A stretch of DNA of 60,000 nucleotides, taken from positions 8,558,001 through 8,618,000 of the forward strand of contig CM059433.1 of the NCBI GenBank assembly GCA_030390025.1. Direction: 5' to 3'. How positions within the stretch are numbered: position 1 is the first letter of the stretch; every line of letters starts with the position of its first letter. Shown here one piece after another: positions 37,628-50,966 of the stretch. The notes under the pieces were generated by a model. The model saw only the letters and a program-made list of their open reading frames with translations. It was not told the origin of the DNA and searched no databases. Origin of the DNA: Squalus acanthias. Its lineage: Eukaryota. The translations under genes were made by a program, and so were the position numbers.

Positions 37628-37876
37628 CACCTGATCTCCAAGCAGGTTAGTGAAAGTTTCAAGGGAGCATCCAGTAACAGTCAAATGCTCTTCCTGCGTC
37701 CTGGCATGTGCGAGCAAATGAGGACGCGGCAAGCAGCTCGCTAGAAGAATTTTTCTGGGAAGCATTTTTTTCAGGGCACACCTTAGGATATCAATGTGCT
37801 GAGAGTACTTGTCGTAATTTGTAACTGAAAGTACGATCGGCTGTAGTATGGGCATGTATGTCAAGTAATCAAGGAG
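37628..37876 (-). CDS. Candidate host coding exon (83 codons, phase 0-0), product unknown
   Basis: Acceptor CCTTTCAG, stop-free LLDYLTYMPILQP...ETFTNLLGDQV, donor GTG|GTAAGT; unique non-repeat sequence. Confidence 0.3.
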
Positions 37877-38093
37877 CTGAAAGGATGTGCGAGTGCTCTG
37901 CACACAGCCACAGGCAATGCGAAATAAGTTGAAAGGAAACACTTTGTGAAAGGCAAAAGGGGAATGATGGATAGACTCACGGTGCCAGGTTTTTATGATG
38001 GCTGAAAACATGTTGCTCTTCTGTCTCCATGTTCTCTGGGGTAATGATGTTGGCATTAGCTGAGACCACAAACCTCCTCCAGGCACATTGCTT

Positions 38094-38700
38094 CTTCTCA
38101 GGCAGTCCCTCGGAACCGAGGGTGACTTGCTTCCACATTAAGAATGAGTTCTCAGGTGGCTGATGAGTCCAATGCGGGACCTGCAGTCTCTGTCACAGAT
38201 AGGGTAGACGGTGGTTGAAGGGGTGGGTGGGGTGCTTGGGTTGACGTGCGCTCCTTCCGCTGTTTGCGCTTCCTCCCGACGAAGAGACTCCAGGTGTTCG
38301 GCGCCTTCCCGGATGCTTCCCCTCCACTTTGTGCGGTCTTGGGCCAGGGATTCCCAGGTGTCGGTGGGGATGTTGCACTTTTTCAAGGAGGCTTTGAGGG
38401 TGTCCTTGAAGCGTTTCCTCTGCCCATCTGGGGCTCTCTTGCTGTGTCGGAGCTCCGAGTAGAGCGCTTGCTTTGGGAGTCTCGTATCGGGCATGCGGAC
38501 GATGTGACCCATCCATCGGAGCTGATCGAGCGTGGTCAAAGCTTCGATGCTGGGGATGTTGGCCTGAGCGAGAACACTGACGTTGGTGCGTCTATCCTGC
38601 CAATGGATTTGCAGGATCTTGCGGAGGCAGCGTTGGTGGCACCTCTCCAGTGCTTTGAGGTGCCTGCTGTACATGGTCCATGTCTCTGAGGCATACAGGA
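38094..38700 (-). mobile_element. RTE-clade LINE 3' fragment
   Basis: LYASETWT...HQRCLRKIL..WQDRRTN...LRWMGHIVRMPDTRLPKQ.LYSEL...RKRFKDTLK, plus a C-terminal C/H motif. Confidence 0.9.
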
Positions 38701-39754
38701 CTCCTCTCCTGTAAGGGTGGTGCCCTGGAGTGTCAAACAGAGCAACCCTCCCTTCACCCGCCCTATGCAGCATTAGCTGAACAGCAGGGTCCAAAAAAGT
38801 GTGGGGTTTTTTCCGGCACTGTTGCTCTTAAAAAATTTCCAGGCTGTGCACACTTGGTAAAAGTGCACTTATATTTAAAATGGCTGCTGCAACCCTTTAA
38901 GTAGTTGTAGTTGAGCCTGAAATCCCCTATCCTCCTCCACCTAGTGTGTGAGCTCAGCGCAGCAGGCTGATCTCACACTGGAGGTTCGCTAATGAGGTCC
39001 AACCCAAATGTTACCCGCGTGCAGCCGTGCACGACTTCAGTGGGCATCATTCCGAACTCCACACCCACTCCTGACCACGCCTGCTCAAAATAGAAAATTC
39101 ACCCTTTCCTACCTACTTCACATAACAGGTTTGCTCGTCAACGTTTTCTGTCATCTCGAAACCTAAGCCTGAAAATCCACCGCCCCCTTCTGGCATGTGC
39201 CCACCGTAACTTTGGCAGGGCTGTGGATACTGGGCCAGGACCCAGGGATGCCATGTCCTGGACTAGCACTGAAGTTTACTCAATGGTCTATTGAAGGCAG
39301 GTGAAACCAGGGGCAAGGACTCCCTCCGTCAGGAGTTCCCACAACCCTGGCTTGCAAAGGGGACCCGCAAGAGGGTCGGGGCAGGTACGCCAAAGTCTTG
39401 ATTTCAACACAGAGGGCATGCATGCAGGGAGGAGGAAGGGTTGCAGGATAGTGTACCTGGAACTTAAGAGGGGCAGGAGAGGTCAATGGAAAGGAAAATC
39501 AGGCGGGATGTATAATCGGCAGCCAATCCGCTCCCGTCTGTTTTGCACCACCACCGAGGTTGAGTTTCACTCCCAGTGAGGCCAAAAATATCAATAGAAG
39601 GTCAAACAATGAAGTCATCAAAGAGTAGCAGCTGTTAGTTGGACTTGCAACAGCCTTAATGAAACTGTCTTTGAAGAATTGAAAAACAAAAAATGTCATT
39701 GCCACATCAATTCTAGGATGTAGTCATGCTGCAACTTTGGTTTGGTTTCTGTTT

Positions 39755-40792
39755 TACATAAGAACACAGGAACATAAGAAACAGGAGCAGGAGTCGGCCA
39801 TTCGACCCCTCGAGCCTGCTCCACCATTCAATGAGATCATGGCTGATCTTCTACCTCATTTCCACTTTCCTGCACTATCCCCATATCCCTTGGTTCCCTT
39901 AGTATTCAAAAATCTATCGATCTCTGTCTTGAATATACTCAACGACTGAGCCTCCACAGCCCTCTGGGGTAGAGAATTCCAAAGATTCACCACCCCTCTG
40001 AGTAAAGAAATTTCTCCTCATCTTAGTTCTAAATGGCCGACCCCTTATTCTGAGACTGTGACCCCTGGTTCTAGCCTCCCCAGCCAGGGGAAACATCCTC
40101 CCTGCATCTACCCTGTCAAGCCCTGTAAGAATTTTGTATGTTTCAATGAGATCGCCTCTCATTCTTCCAAACTCTAGGAAATATAGGCCTAGTCTACTCA
40201 ATCTCTCCTCATAGGACAATCCCCCCATCCCAGGAACCAGTCTGGTCAACTTTCATTTCACTCCCTCTATGGCAAGTATATCCTTCCTTAGGTAAGGAGA
40301 CCAAAACTGTACACAATATTCCAGGTGTGGTCTCACCAGGGCCCTATATAATTGCAGTAAGACATCTTTACTCTTATACTCAAATCCTCTTTTAATAAAG
40401 GCCAACATACCATTTGCTTTCCGAATTGCTTGCTGTACCTGTATGTTAACTTTCAGTGATTCGTGTACAAGGACACCCAGGTCCCTCTGAACACCAACAA
40501 TTCCCCAATCTCTCACCATTTAAAAAATATTCTGCTTTTCTATTTTTCCTACCAAAGTGGATGACTTCACATTTCCCCACATTCCATCTGCCACGTTCTT
40601 GCCCACTCACCTAGCCTGTCTATATCCCCTTGCAGGCTCTTTTGTATCCTCCTCACAAACTTACATCCCCACCCAGCTTTGTATCATCAGCAAACTTGGA
40701 TATATTACACTCGGTCCCCTCATCCAAATCATTGATGTAGATTGTGAATAGCTGAAGCCCAAGCACTGATCCTTGTGGTACCCCACGAGTTA
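39755..40792 (-). mobile_element. CR1 LINE 3' fragment
   Basis: ORFs 39914-40249 and 40253-40519; same subfamily as the copies at 879 and 29295. Confidence 0.93.
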
Positions 40793-40799
40793 CACTGAT

Positions 40800-40939
40800 C
40801 AATGTTCTCTTTAAGCCGTGCAGCCGCGCAGCGCTCTGGAGCTCACGCGCAGCCCGCTCACCGGCACTTAAATTGGGGAAGGGCCGCGTACCACCTTAAA
40901 GGGGCCGCGCACCAAAAAAAAAGAATAAAGGGAACATTG
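40800..40939. mobile_element. hAT-type MITE (140 bp)
   Basis: TIRs CAATGTTC(T/C)CTTTA (13/14); 8-bp TSD ACACTGAT / ACACTGGT. Confidence 0.78.
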
Positions 40940-43306
40940 ACACTGGTCCTTGCGGTACCCCACTAGTTACTTAATGCAAAAGGTGACGGTATAACTCAGA
41001 TCCCGAACTGCCTGTAGAGGAGAGTAGTGCAAGCCCCTGGAGAAGGTGGTCTAACTCCAGTGTGGAGTCAAACCTAGTTTCACTCGTGCCCTTGCGGGTC
41101 CATTACTTCAAATGTATTGAGACAATGGCACTTCCTCCCACCCACCAACACTCTCAATACATTTCAAATTTACCAGCTGAGAGTGGAGCTGTGAGTGTGT
41201 GTGTGCCCGTAAGCCAATATGCACAGAGCTCTCTCCTAGACTGGAGAGTCAGAGTCACGGGCAGGCAGTGTAAACAAGGTACTATCAACTGCAAACTGAT
41301 ACTGCAGGCTATTGATCTGAGACTGATAGCTACAGAAGAAGTGCAGCCTAAATAATTCAATCTGTCTATAAAAGTCTCCACTGCATCTTAAATATGAGGC
41401 TCAAATATCTGTACAGTCAGCAGCCTTCTGCAAAAGTACAGACAAATTCAAGTCAGAATGCTTTTCTATGAAGAATGCTTTTCTATGAAGAATAATTTTG
41501 AAAGAGCATTTCCTATTATTCTTCGTAATTCTATAAGCCAGTCCTTTGCCAGCAAAATGCTAGCCCAGACTGTTTTATCTGCTAAATTCCTTTGCTTCTA
41601 CTTGACTTTATTATTTAGTTTGAACAACGCACATTAATATTCTGCAACACAGGATCTTGATATCCAGATACAGTTATCAATGTACAAGGATATTTAGTCA
41701 TAAGGAATCTATACTAAAAGTGGCCCCGTGACTAATGTGATGCTACATCTACTGGGGCATCTAGAATGTTAGTAATGAGCGCATTGGATTGCTGGGCTGT
41801 GTCAGGTCTCACCCTTCCTCCATTAAAGCAAGCAAGATTTGCTTGATATGGATAATTTTACAGCCATTTTACTGTGTGCGTGTGTGTGCATGGGTGTGTG
41901 TGCATGCGTGCTTATACCGACACACCCTCACACAAAATAAACGGCTGGCATAAGTAATATATTTATTGTGCCATCAGATCTTCTTGACATCTAAATACTG
42001 CACCTCACTGCAGCAAAGATCCATTATATCCAAATTTATACACATGTAGGTTTGCAACAAAAAAAACACGGTGAGCATATGAAATCAAAATGCAGAGCCA
42101 TGCAAAACATATCAGATTGCAAATTACACTGGTTAATAAAAACCCATTACAATAGCACAAACGATTTACTGTTCTAAACACTCAGCCCATGATCTCGGAA
42201 TAAATAACACTTAAAACCAAGGTTTTCATACAAAACGTATCTTGGTAACAAAACCCAAAGCAATATACAGCACGCAGAGACACTGGGTCAGATGCGAACG
42301 ACTAAGCCTTGCTCAAATCCAATAAGCTGTATTTGAGCTAGATTGCGGAATTTACCATTCTTCATGTTGCTGTATTCACGTAAGCTGATATATCATGTTT
42401 AAACAATACTGTTTGGAACGCACGGCCTGATTTATGACCAGTTTAGTGTCTCATAAATCACACCTGCAGCCTAGTGCACTGAACCCCATTTTATGACAGG
42501 ATTTACCATTTATAAATGATTTTGCTTTACCTCCCATTGTGATTCTGCTCTGTGCAATCATTTTTTTCTCTCTCTCCCAGTGTTCGTAAGGGAGTCTTAG
42601 TAACTCCACATGGAATTTCAACATCAGTTTTAGTCTAGGTTTTACAAGAATGAGGCATTTAGATGCTTGCAATTTCTGCTTTTATTTTAGGCCCACATTT
42701 TCAGGATTTATGTTTTTAATTTTTATTTTTCATTTGTTTATTTTAAATTCAGTTAAGGATTAGACTTTTCCACAGTTAATGTCTAAAACAGCAATAATAT
42801 CGATCAGTAACACACAGCCTGCTTTACTCTCACTCTCTGCTTCCCTCTGTGTAAGAATTTTATCTCCATAGTCCATGAAGATTATTTTCCTGTCAATACG
42901 AGAATGGGAACGATGTTTTCCTGTTATTTTGTACTTCAGATGTTGGATGTTCATTGTGTACTTGCTCGAGTGAAGTCACACACCTATTGTTCTTCATTAT
43001 AAAGAATCAACATCATCCATTACACAGTGAGTAAGGGGTGCTTGAGGGACGAAACGCAGGTGCACACAGGGACTCTTGTTAGTTTGTGGCTTCGATGTGC
43101 ATCCACAACTCACACACATGTCTGTCCGAAATCAGTCTGGGACCATATGCGCATCCTTAACTCATCCTTAAATGTCCAGTGTTTAACGATGAGTGCACTT
43201 CACACTTGATTGTGCAATGGATCACAATCAGCGTATGCACAGCTTAAGAAAATGAAATCCAGAGGCAGGCAGACATTACAATGTATGTTATCACCCCCAA
43301 ATTTTC

Positions 43307-43605
43307 ACAGAATCCCCACAGTGCAGATAGAGGCCATTTCAGCCCATCGAGCCTGCACCTACACATATCCCACCAACCCCACATATTTAATCCCCCTAAC
43401 ACTAAGGGTCAATTTATCATAGCCAAATCAACCTAACCCGCACATCTTTGGACTGTGGGAGGAAACCGGAGCTCCCGGAGGAAACCCACGCAGACACGGG
43501 GAGAATGTGCAAACTCCACACAGACAGTCACCCGAGGCTGGATTTGAACCCGGGTCCCTGATGCTGTGAGGCAACAGTGCTAACCACTATGCCACCGTGC
43601 TGCCC
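43307..43605 (-). mobile_element. HE1-type V-SINE (elasmobranch tRNA-derived SINE)
   Basis: GGGCAGCACGGTGGCATAGTGGTTAGCAC head and V-domain TGTGTGGAGTTTGCACATTCTCCCGTGTCTGCGTGGGTTTCCTCCGGG, with a CR1-type tail. Confidence 0.9.
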
Positions 43606-43784
43606 CCAGCAATTAAAGAGGCAGTTGTGTTCACAAAACAATGCTCGACAAGTCACTATTAAAAATTTGCTTTCAAACAAATGTAGGAATGAGGTAAATC
43701 ACATCCGAATTCACGTCGCATTATCAGACCAAAAATGACATAGGGTTCCTCCAGGCTTTTGTGAAGTTAGTGCCCCTTTACACA

Positions 43785-44860
43785 AGAATGAAGGAACAAG
43801 AGTAGGCCGCTCAGCCCTCGAGCTTCTTCTACCATTCAATGAGATCATGGCTGATCTGTACCTCAACCCCACTTACCCGCCTTTGCTTCATATCCCTTAC
43901 TTAATAAAAATCTGTCAATCTCAGTCTTGAAAATTTCAATTGGTCCAGCATCCACAGCATCTTGTGAGAGAGAGAGTTCCAGATCTCTACTATCCTTTGT
44001 GTGAAAAAGTGCTACCTGATTTCAATCCTAAACGGCCTAGTTCTCATTTTAAAATGATAGCAAAATACTGCGGATGCTGGAAATCTGAAATAACAACAGA
44101 AAACGCTGGAAAAACTCAGCAGGATTGTTCCCCCTTGTTCTGGATTCCCCATCAGAGGAAATAGTTTCTCTCGATCATTTCAAACACCTCAGCTAGATCT
44201 TCCCTCAACCTCTGAAACTCAAGGGAATGGAAAACGAGTTTTGCAACCTGTTCATTTAATTTGCAGCCTGTTGATTTAACCTTTGAAGCCCCAGGATCAC
44301 TCTGTTGAATCTGTGCTGTGCCCTGTCCAAGGCCAATCTCTCCTTCCTGAGGCTCGGTGAAATCCAATCCAAATCTCAACACCGTGCTCCAGGTGGGTTC
44401 TGACCGAGGCTCAGTATAACTGAAGCATCACTTCCTCCCTTTTGTATTCCAGCCCTCTTGAGGTCAAGGCCTTTTTGATTATTTTTTTCTGTACCTGTCC
44501 ACTGGCTCTTAGTGATTGTTCGCCATTAAGAAAATGCTCTGATTTTTCTTTCTTGGATCCACAGTGGAGGGGCTCACACTTCGCTCCGCTGAACTCCATC
44601 TGTCACTCTTTGGCCCACTCACTTAATCGGTCTGTGTCCCTTTGTAACTTCCTGCTCTGCATCTACACAGCTTACTGCGCCTCCTAACTTTGTGTCATCT
44701 GCGAAGTTAGACATACAACTCTCTATTCCTTCATCCAAGTCATTAATATATATGGTGAAAAGCTGAGGCCTCAGTACAGATCCCTGGGGAACACCACTTG
44801 TCACATCCTGCCAATCAGAGAACATTCCCTTTATTCTTTCTCCTACCTCCCAATCTATTA
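43785..44860 (-). mobile_element. Older degenerate CR1 fragment (short Penelope-end piece at ~44060-44122)
   Basis: GVPQGSVL...FADDTKLGG (ORF 44619-44864) and CR1 tail. Confidence 0.8.
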
Positions 44861-44977
44861 CCAACTTTAATTAAGTGCCATGCTTTCCCATGGGAATATA
44901 TAAAATTAGATCATGAAATATGCATTTGCTTGGATTTTATGGTGATTGTTTTCTTAGAAAAACGAATGTAGTTTCAC

Positions 44978-45845
44978 AGCTCCTCAGATAATGAAGCAGT
45001 CCATGCCCACATGCAACAAGACCTGGACGACGTTCAGGCTTGGGTGATAAGTGGCAGGTAACATTCGCGCCACACAAGTGCCAAGCAATGACTATCTCCA
45101 ACAAGCGAGAGTCTAACCATTGCCCCTTGACATTCAACAGCATTACCATCGCCGAATCCCCCACCATCAATATCCTGGGGGTCACCATTGACCAGAAACT
45201 TAACTGGACCAGCCACATAAATACTGTGGCAGCAAGAGCAGGTCAGAGGTTAGGTATTCTGCGGTGAGTGTCTCACCTCCTGACTCCCCAAAGCCTTTCC
45301 ACCATCTACAAGGCACAAGTCAGGAGTGCGATGGAATACTCTCCACTTGCCTGGATGAGTGCAGCTCCAACAACACTCAAGATGCTCAACACCATCCAGG
45401 ACAAAGCAGCCGCTTGATTGGCACCCCATCCACCAGCTTAAACATTCACTCCCTTCACCACCGGCGTACTGTGGCTGCAGTGTGTACCATCTACAAGATG
45501 CACTGCAGCAGCTCACCAAGGCTTCTTCGGCAGCACCTCCCAAACCCTGCGACCTCTACCACCTAGAAGGACAAGGGCAGCAGGCGCATGGGAACACCAC
45601 CACCTCCAAGTTCCCCATCCAAGTCACACACCATCCTGACTTGGAAGTATATCGCTGATCCTTCATCGTCGCTGGGTCAAAATCCTGGAATTCCCTCCCG
45701 AACAGCACTGTGGGAGTACCTTCACCACACGGACTGCAGCGGTTCAAGAAGGCGGCGGCTCACCACCACCTTCTCAAGGGGCAATTAGGGACGGGCAATA
45801 AATGCTGGCCTTGCCAGCGATGCCCACATCCCAGGAACTAATAAA
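44978..45845 (+). mobile_element. CR1-Zenon-like LINE 3' fragment
   Basis: Reverse complement of 26997-27855. Confidence 0.87.
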
Positions 45846-46158
45846 AAAACAAATGAAGAAATGATATAATGGATGTGTAAGTACGTCTCCGCAACACTAG
45901 AAATAAATATCAATTGTGAACGGTCGTGCCCGTTGGGAGAGTTTAGACGGTTTGGTGTGCACAGATAGGCTCGGATAGGAAGAACTGCATCATTGGCGTC
46001 GTTGCTGATGATCACCTCACCCATCAGGGCACAGGATAGAAATGTATCGGCACAGCCTTGTTTGTTTGAGGCAAGACCAGGGCTGCTCCTGTCCAATTAC
46101 CAATGTTCAACTTATATTTGTCTCTCAGCAGAGACTCTGGAATGTAAACACGTATACA

Positions 46159-47370
46159 GGCCGGGATTTCACGGGGCCTATGATGGCGTGCGCTCAGTAG
46201 CGCACGCCGCCGTCGTACGTGCCCCGCAAGTTCCGGGTTTCCGCGATACGCGATGCGCCAAAACCTGGAACTTGTGATCTGTCAAGGTTCGCCCTGACAG
46301 ATCGTACGCATCCGCTACAAAAATCACGTTCGCTGGCGTAGGGTCAACTACAGCCCAGGGGATACCCACCAAACCCTTACGCTTGGTAAGGCTTGCTTTT
46401 ACCAGCGTAAGGATTAAAATAAATGTTAAAATCAATTAAAAAAAATAATTTAAACATTGACTTACATATAAAATTAGTTTAGGACAAATTTGTTCTGGTT
46501 AAAAATGTTTAAATTTATTTTTCAAAAAATTAAATTTTTATTTAAATGTTTAAGTAAATGGTATTTTTATTAATTTTGAACCTGCGATTATTTATTTTTT
46601 ATTTCAGTGTCAGTGTTGTGAAATGTTATTTATGAGGTGATTTCTGTTATGCTTATATCTGTATGTAAACTGAATCCCCCCTAAGCCATTGGTTGGGACA
46701 GCCCACGTAATCCCAGGAACGTTCGCGAATCGCCTGCAACCCAGGGATGCGTGGGCCTTTAGAAAAGAAAGACTTGCATTTCTATAGCGCCTTTCACGAC
46801 CACCGGACGTCTCAAAGCGCTTTACAGCCAATGAAGTACTTTTTGAAGTGGAGTCACTGTTGTAATGTGGGAAACGCGGCAGCCAATTTGCACACAGCAA
46901 GCTCCCACAAACAGCAATGTGATAATGACCAAATAATCTGTTTTTGTTATATTGGTTGAGGGATAAATATTGGCCCCAGGACACCGGGGATAACTCCCCT
47001 GCTCTTCTTCAAAATAGTGCCATGGGATCTTTTACGCCCACCTGAGAGAGCAGACGGTGCCTCGGTTTAACGTCTCATCCGAAAGACGGCACTTCCGACA
47101 GTGCGGCACTCCCTCAGCGCTGCACTGCCAGTGTCAGCCTAGCTTTAATGTGCTGGAGTCCTTGGAGTGGGGACTGTGAACCCACAACCTTCTGACTCAG
47201 AGGCGAGTGCGCTGCCCACTGAGCCACAGCTGACACGGAGATGTAGGCGTACACCCGCAGGCCCAGGACCGCAAGAATCCGAAGATTCGGCGACAGCAGG
47301 TAAGTGCGGAGCTTTCTTGCGGCTCGGAGGTGTACACGGGCGGCAAACCTCCGACCGCAATTTCCGGGCC
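46159..47370. mobile_element. Harbinger-type MITE with AT-rich core, interrupted by a DeuSINE
   Basis: Termini GGCCGGGATTTC / CAATTTCCGGGCC; internal homology to 48045-48736. Confidence 0.72.
46761..47233 (-). mobile_element. DeuSINE, full length
   Basis: Reverse complement of 25068-25544. Confidence 0.9.
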
Positions 47371-48044
47371 AATGTAATAGGCTGTACACAATCAGTACAT
47401 ACATGTATGAGTACAAAGAATGTTCAAAAATATCCCGGTCTGCTGAATGGCCTATTTTTAGCAATGCTAAAATGTTATTAAATGTTAACATTTATAGATC
47501 AAGGTATAATTAAATATTGACCAGAGAATCTGGTTTAAAGGGCAACACTGCTGTGGGAAGAGTACACGTGCTTTTTGTTTTCAGGTTATTGCACCAAATT
47601 TAGTGAAAAACTCTCTGGTCTGGCAGGAGAAGTCTGATTTTTAATTGCCTTGCCGCAGGTTCAAGGAGACGGGACATACCATGAGAGAGCTATCTAACCA
47701 TGTGTCTCTATATTTAGCAGGCGATGAGGTCAAGTGGGAGAAGTCAGGACTCCTTAGGGATTTCAGTGAAGGTGCATTCCTGTGCAATCCTTAGGATTAG
47801 CCCGTTTAGCTGTAAGACTGAATATTTGGCTGTAACTATTTTCCGAAGAAAAACTGTTCCTCCTACTTAATCCGACTGAACCAGTTGGTCTAAGGTTCCA
47901 TTACCTCCGTGGAAGAACGTGAGTGTAACAAAAGTGACTGTTGCAGCTTAACTTACGTATATTCAATGCTTCCCCTTACCTTTCTAAAGAAAATGCAGTT
48001 GTGTTTTAGGAACTTGTCCGGCATTCCGAAAAAAAGTAAGCTTT

Positions 48045-48736
48045 GGCCCGTATTTTCCGATGCCTGCGGGTGTCTACGAGCTGTGTACACATCCGTAGGG
48101 ACATCGGAAATGCCGGTTTCAGGCATGCCAAGCGCATGCGCTGAAAACCGATATTTCCGATCTGTCAAGAAGGGCCTCTGTGGGAGGAGAGTTCCACTTT
48201 CTGCAGAACCTCCACCCACTGAAAACCTTTAGAAATCTTACGCCTGGTAAAAGCAGCGTAAGGCCTGCTTTTACCAGCATAAGAGTTTTTAAAAGTTTTT
48301 AAAAAAAATTTTTCACTCATTTATCATTTAAAAATACTTTTAAAAAAGGTAAGTTTATTTTTAGCCCCGTAAAAAACTTTAATTAGTTTTTCAAAAAATT
48401 AATTTTTGTTTAAAATATTTAATTTAATGCAATTTTAACTCATTTTAAAAACGTGATGTTTTTTAAAAATGTATTTAATGTTTTAGTGTCTTTTTTCAGT
48501 GATCCCCATTCATATATTTGACAGGTCTATCTATCAAGTGTATGAAGGGGGATTTCCTTCTCCTATTGGCTCCCCATGGCCCACGTGATCCCAGGGACGC
48601 TTGCGAACCGCCTGCGCCCCTGGGATACGTGGGCCCTGCGCATTTCGAGTTTGGAGAGGCCCAGGATCGGAAGTGTCCGGACCGCGGGAGCCCTCAGGTA
48701 AGTGCGTAGATTTTTTCCGATCGCCAAATACGGGCC
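48045..48736. mobile_element. Harbinger-type MITE with AT-rich core
   Basis: Perfect 11-bp TIR GGCCCGTATTT. Confidence 0.8.
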
Positions 48737-48892
48737 AATAGTTTGAGGACTCGTGACCGCCGCAATGTGGTGTTTTTGCATTTATTAAAGCACAACAGTT
48801 GCTACTCTGGATTCATCCAACAGCTGGCTGCACACTGAGCAGGAGATGGCCTAGCCCTCGGTGTTGATCCCTCACTTCATGCCTCAGCTATT

Positions 48893-49450
48893 CACAAACC
48901 CTGGTTAGGCCACACCTGGAGCACTGTGAGCAGTTCTGGGCACCACACCTTAGGAAGGATATATTGGCCTTGGAGGGAGTGCAGTGTAGGTTTACCAGAA
49001 TGATACCCGGACTTCAAGGGTTAAGTTACAAATTAGGGCTGTATTCCCTAGAATTTAGAAGGTTAAGGGGTGATCCGGTCGAAGTTTTCAGGATATTAAG
49101 GGGAACAGAGAGGGTCGATAGAGAGAAACTATTTCCGCTGGTTGGGGAGTCTAGGACTAGGGGGCAGAGTCTAAAAATTAGAGCCAGACCTTTCAGGAGT
49201 GAAATTAGGAAACTCTTCTACACACAAAGGGTGGTAGAAGTTTGGAACTCTCTTCCTCAAACGGCAATTGATGCTAGATCATTGTTAATTTTAAATCTGA
49301 GATTGATAGATTTTTGTTACCCAAAGGTATTAAGGGATATGGGGCAAAGGTGGGTGATATGGAGTTAGGTCGCAGATCAGCCATGATCTCATTGAATGGC
49401 GGAACAGGCTCGAGGGGCTGAATGGCCTCCTCCTGTTCCTATGTTCCTGT
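48893..49450 (+). mobile_element. CR1 LINE 3' fragment
   Basis: ORF 48964-49368 and CR1 tail. Confidence 0.88.
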
Positions 49451-49530
49451 GCATTGTCGTTAGTGGAAGAGAGCAAGCATTTGATTTGCTGATATTTGAT
49501 GGCTCTCATTAGATTTTTAAGAAAGTAAAA

Positions 49531-50045
49531 GAAACATAAGAACATAAGACGTCGGAGCAGGAGTCGGTCATTCGACCCCTCGAGCCTGCTCCGCCATTCA
49601 ATAAGATCATGGCTGATCTGATCTTGGCCTCAACTCCACTTCCCTGCCCGCTCCCCATAACCCTTGACTCCCTTATCGTTCAAAAATCTGTCTATCTCCA
49701 CCTTAAATATATTCAATGACCCAGCCTCCACAGCTCTCTGGGGAAGAGAATTCCAAAGATTCACGACCCTCTGAGAGAAGAAATTCCTCCTCATCTCCGT
49801 CTTAAAAGGGTGCCCCCTTATTCTGAAACTATGCCCCCTAGTTCTAGATTCCTCCACGAGGGGAAACATCCTCTCTGCATCTACCCTGTCAAGCCCCTTC
49901 AGAATTTTATATGTTTCAATAAGATCCCCTCTCATTCTTCTAAACGCCAATGAGTATAGGCCCAACCTGCTCAACCTTTCTTCATAAGACAACCCCTTCA
50001 TCTCAGGAATCAACCTCGTGAACCTTCTCTGAACTGCCTCCAATA
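49531..50045 (-). mobile_element. CR1 LINE 3' fragment
   Basis: ORF 49630-50043; (CATAAGAA)2 tail. Confidence 0.92.
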
Positions 50046-50966
50046 CACGTATATCTTAGATATTGTTGTCTCTTTTCCGACACAATTTAAAATGAGGCAC
50101 TGAACTAGCTAAAACTGCAGAAATGTATTTAAATTGCCAAATATGTAAAAGCAGGCAGGCCGTCGGTCTTATACTAAGGATAGAAATTAGGCGACTTCAG
50201 TACTTTAAATAAATTTTTAACATAATTCTCAATTTGTTGGATGGAAGTGAATGATTTTTCTAATCAAGTGTGAGGGATGTCAATGCTTGAAAATTGAGCA
50301 ATTTGTTTTACTTTTGCATCCACTGCCTGGTGAATATTAACCCAAGCTGGATACAGAGCATTCCCCTCTCTTCATTTCACTGCCCACGGGGTAAATTCTC
50401 AGCTTCACCCGTCATAGAATCCGCCCAATTCTCATTCCATTGATTTCAGGGGGATGAAAATTGTGTGGATTCTCCAATGTCGGGCGATCCACTCTGCCGG
50501 GTGCGTTGTTGCGTTGCGGGTATGTTTAGGCTGTGAATTCAGAACCTGTGGGTTGAGACTCTTCAAACATATATCGGCTGGATTGATACCCGGGCTCCAG
50601 AGATGAAAAGCTGGTCTTCTCACCCATTTGAAGCATCCATAATTCATATCCTTTCTATCTGGTTGCCACAATGTGACCTTCATCCTGAGCTTTTGTGAGC
50701 GTCAACATTGTACTTTTAATGTTAAGTATCAGATCTTTTGTTATAATGCACTAAGTTCGCGGCAAACTATCTTTATGAGCTAATCAGAAATGGCAATTTT
50801 TGATTAACTTAATGCTTAATTGATCTACAGTCAAAGTACTTCAACACAGATATGTCCTGGGATAATTGGCCTGGTATGTGTCTCAGGATGCTTGTATTAT
50901 AATAGTCAATCCTCAGCAATGGCTGCTCAAGGTTAAACTTTACAAACATGGTTTGCATAACACAAT

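Noticed and set aside
41456..41494. 17-bp tandem duplication AGAATGCTTTTCTATGA
   Set aside because: An ordinary two-copy slippage duplication.
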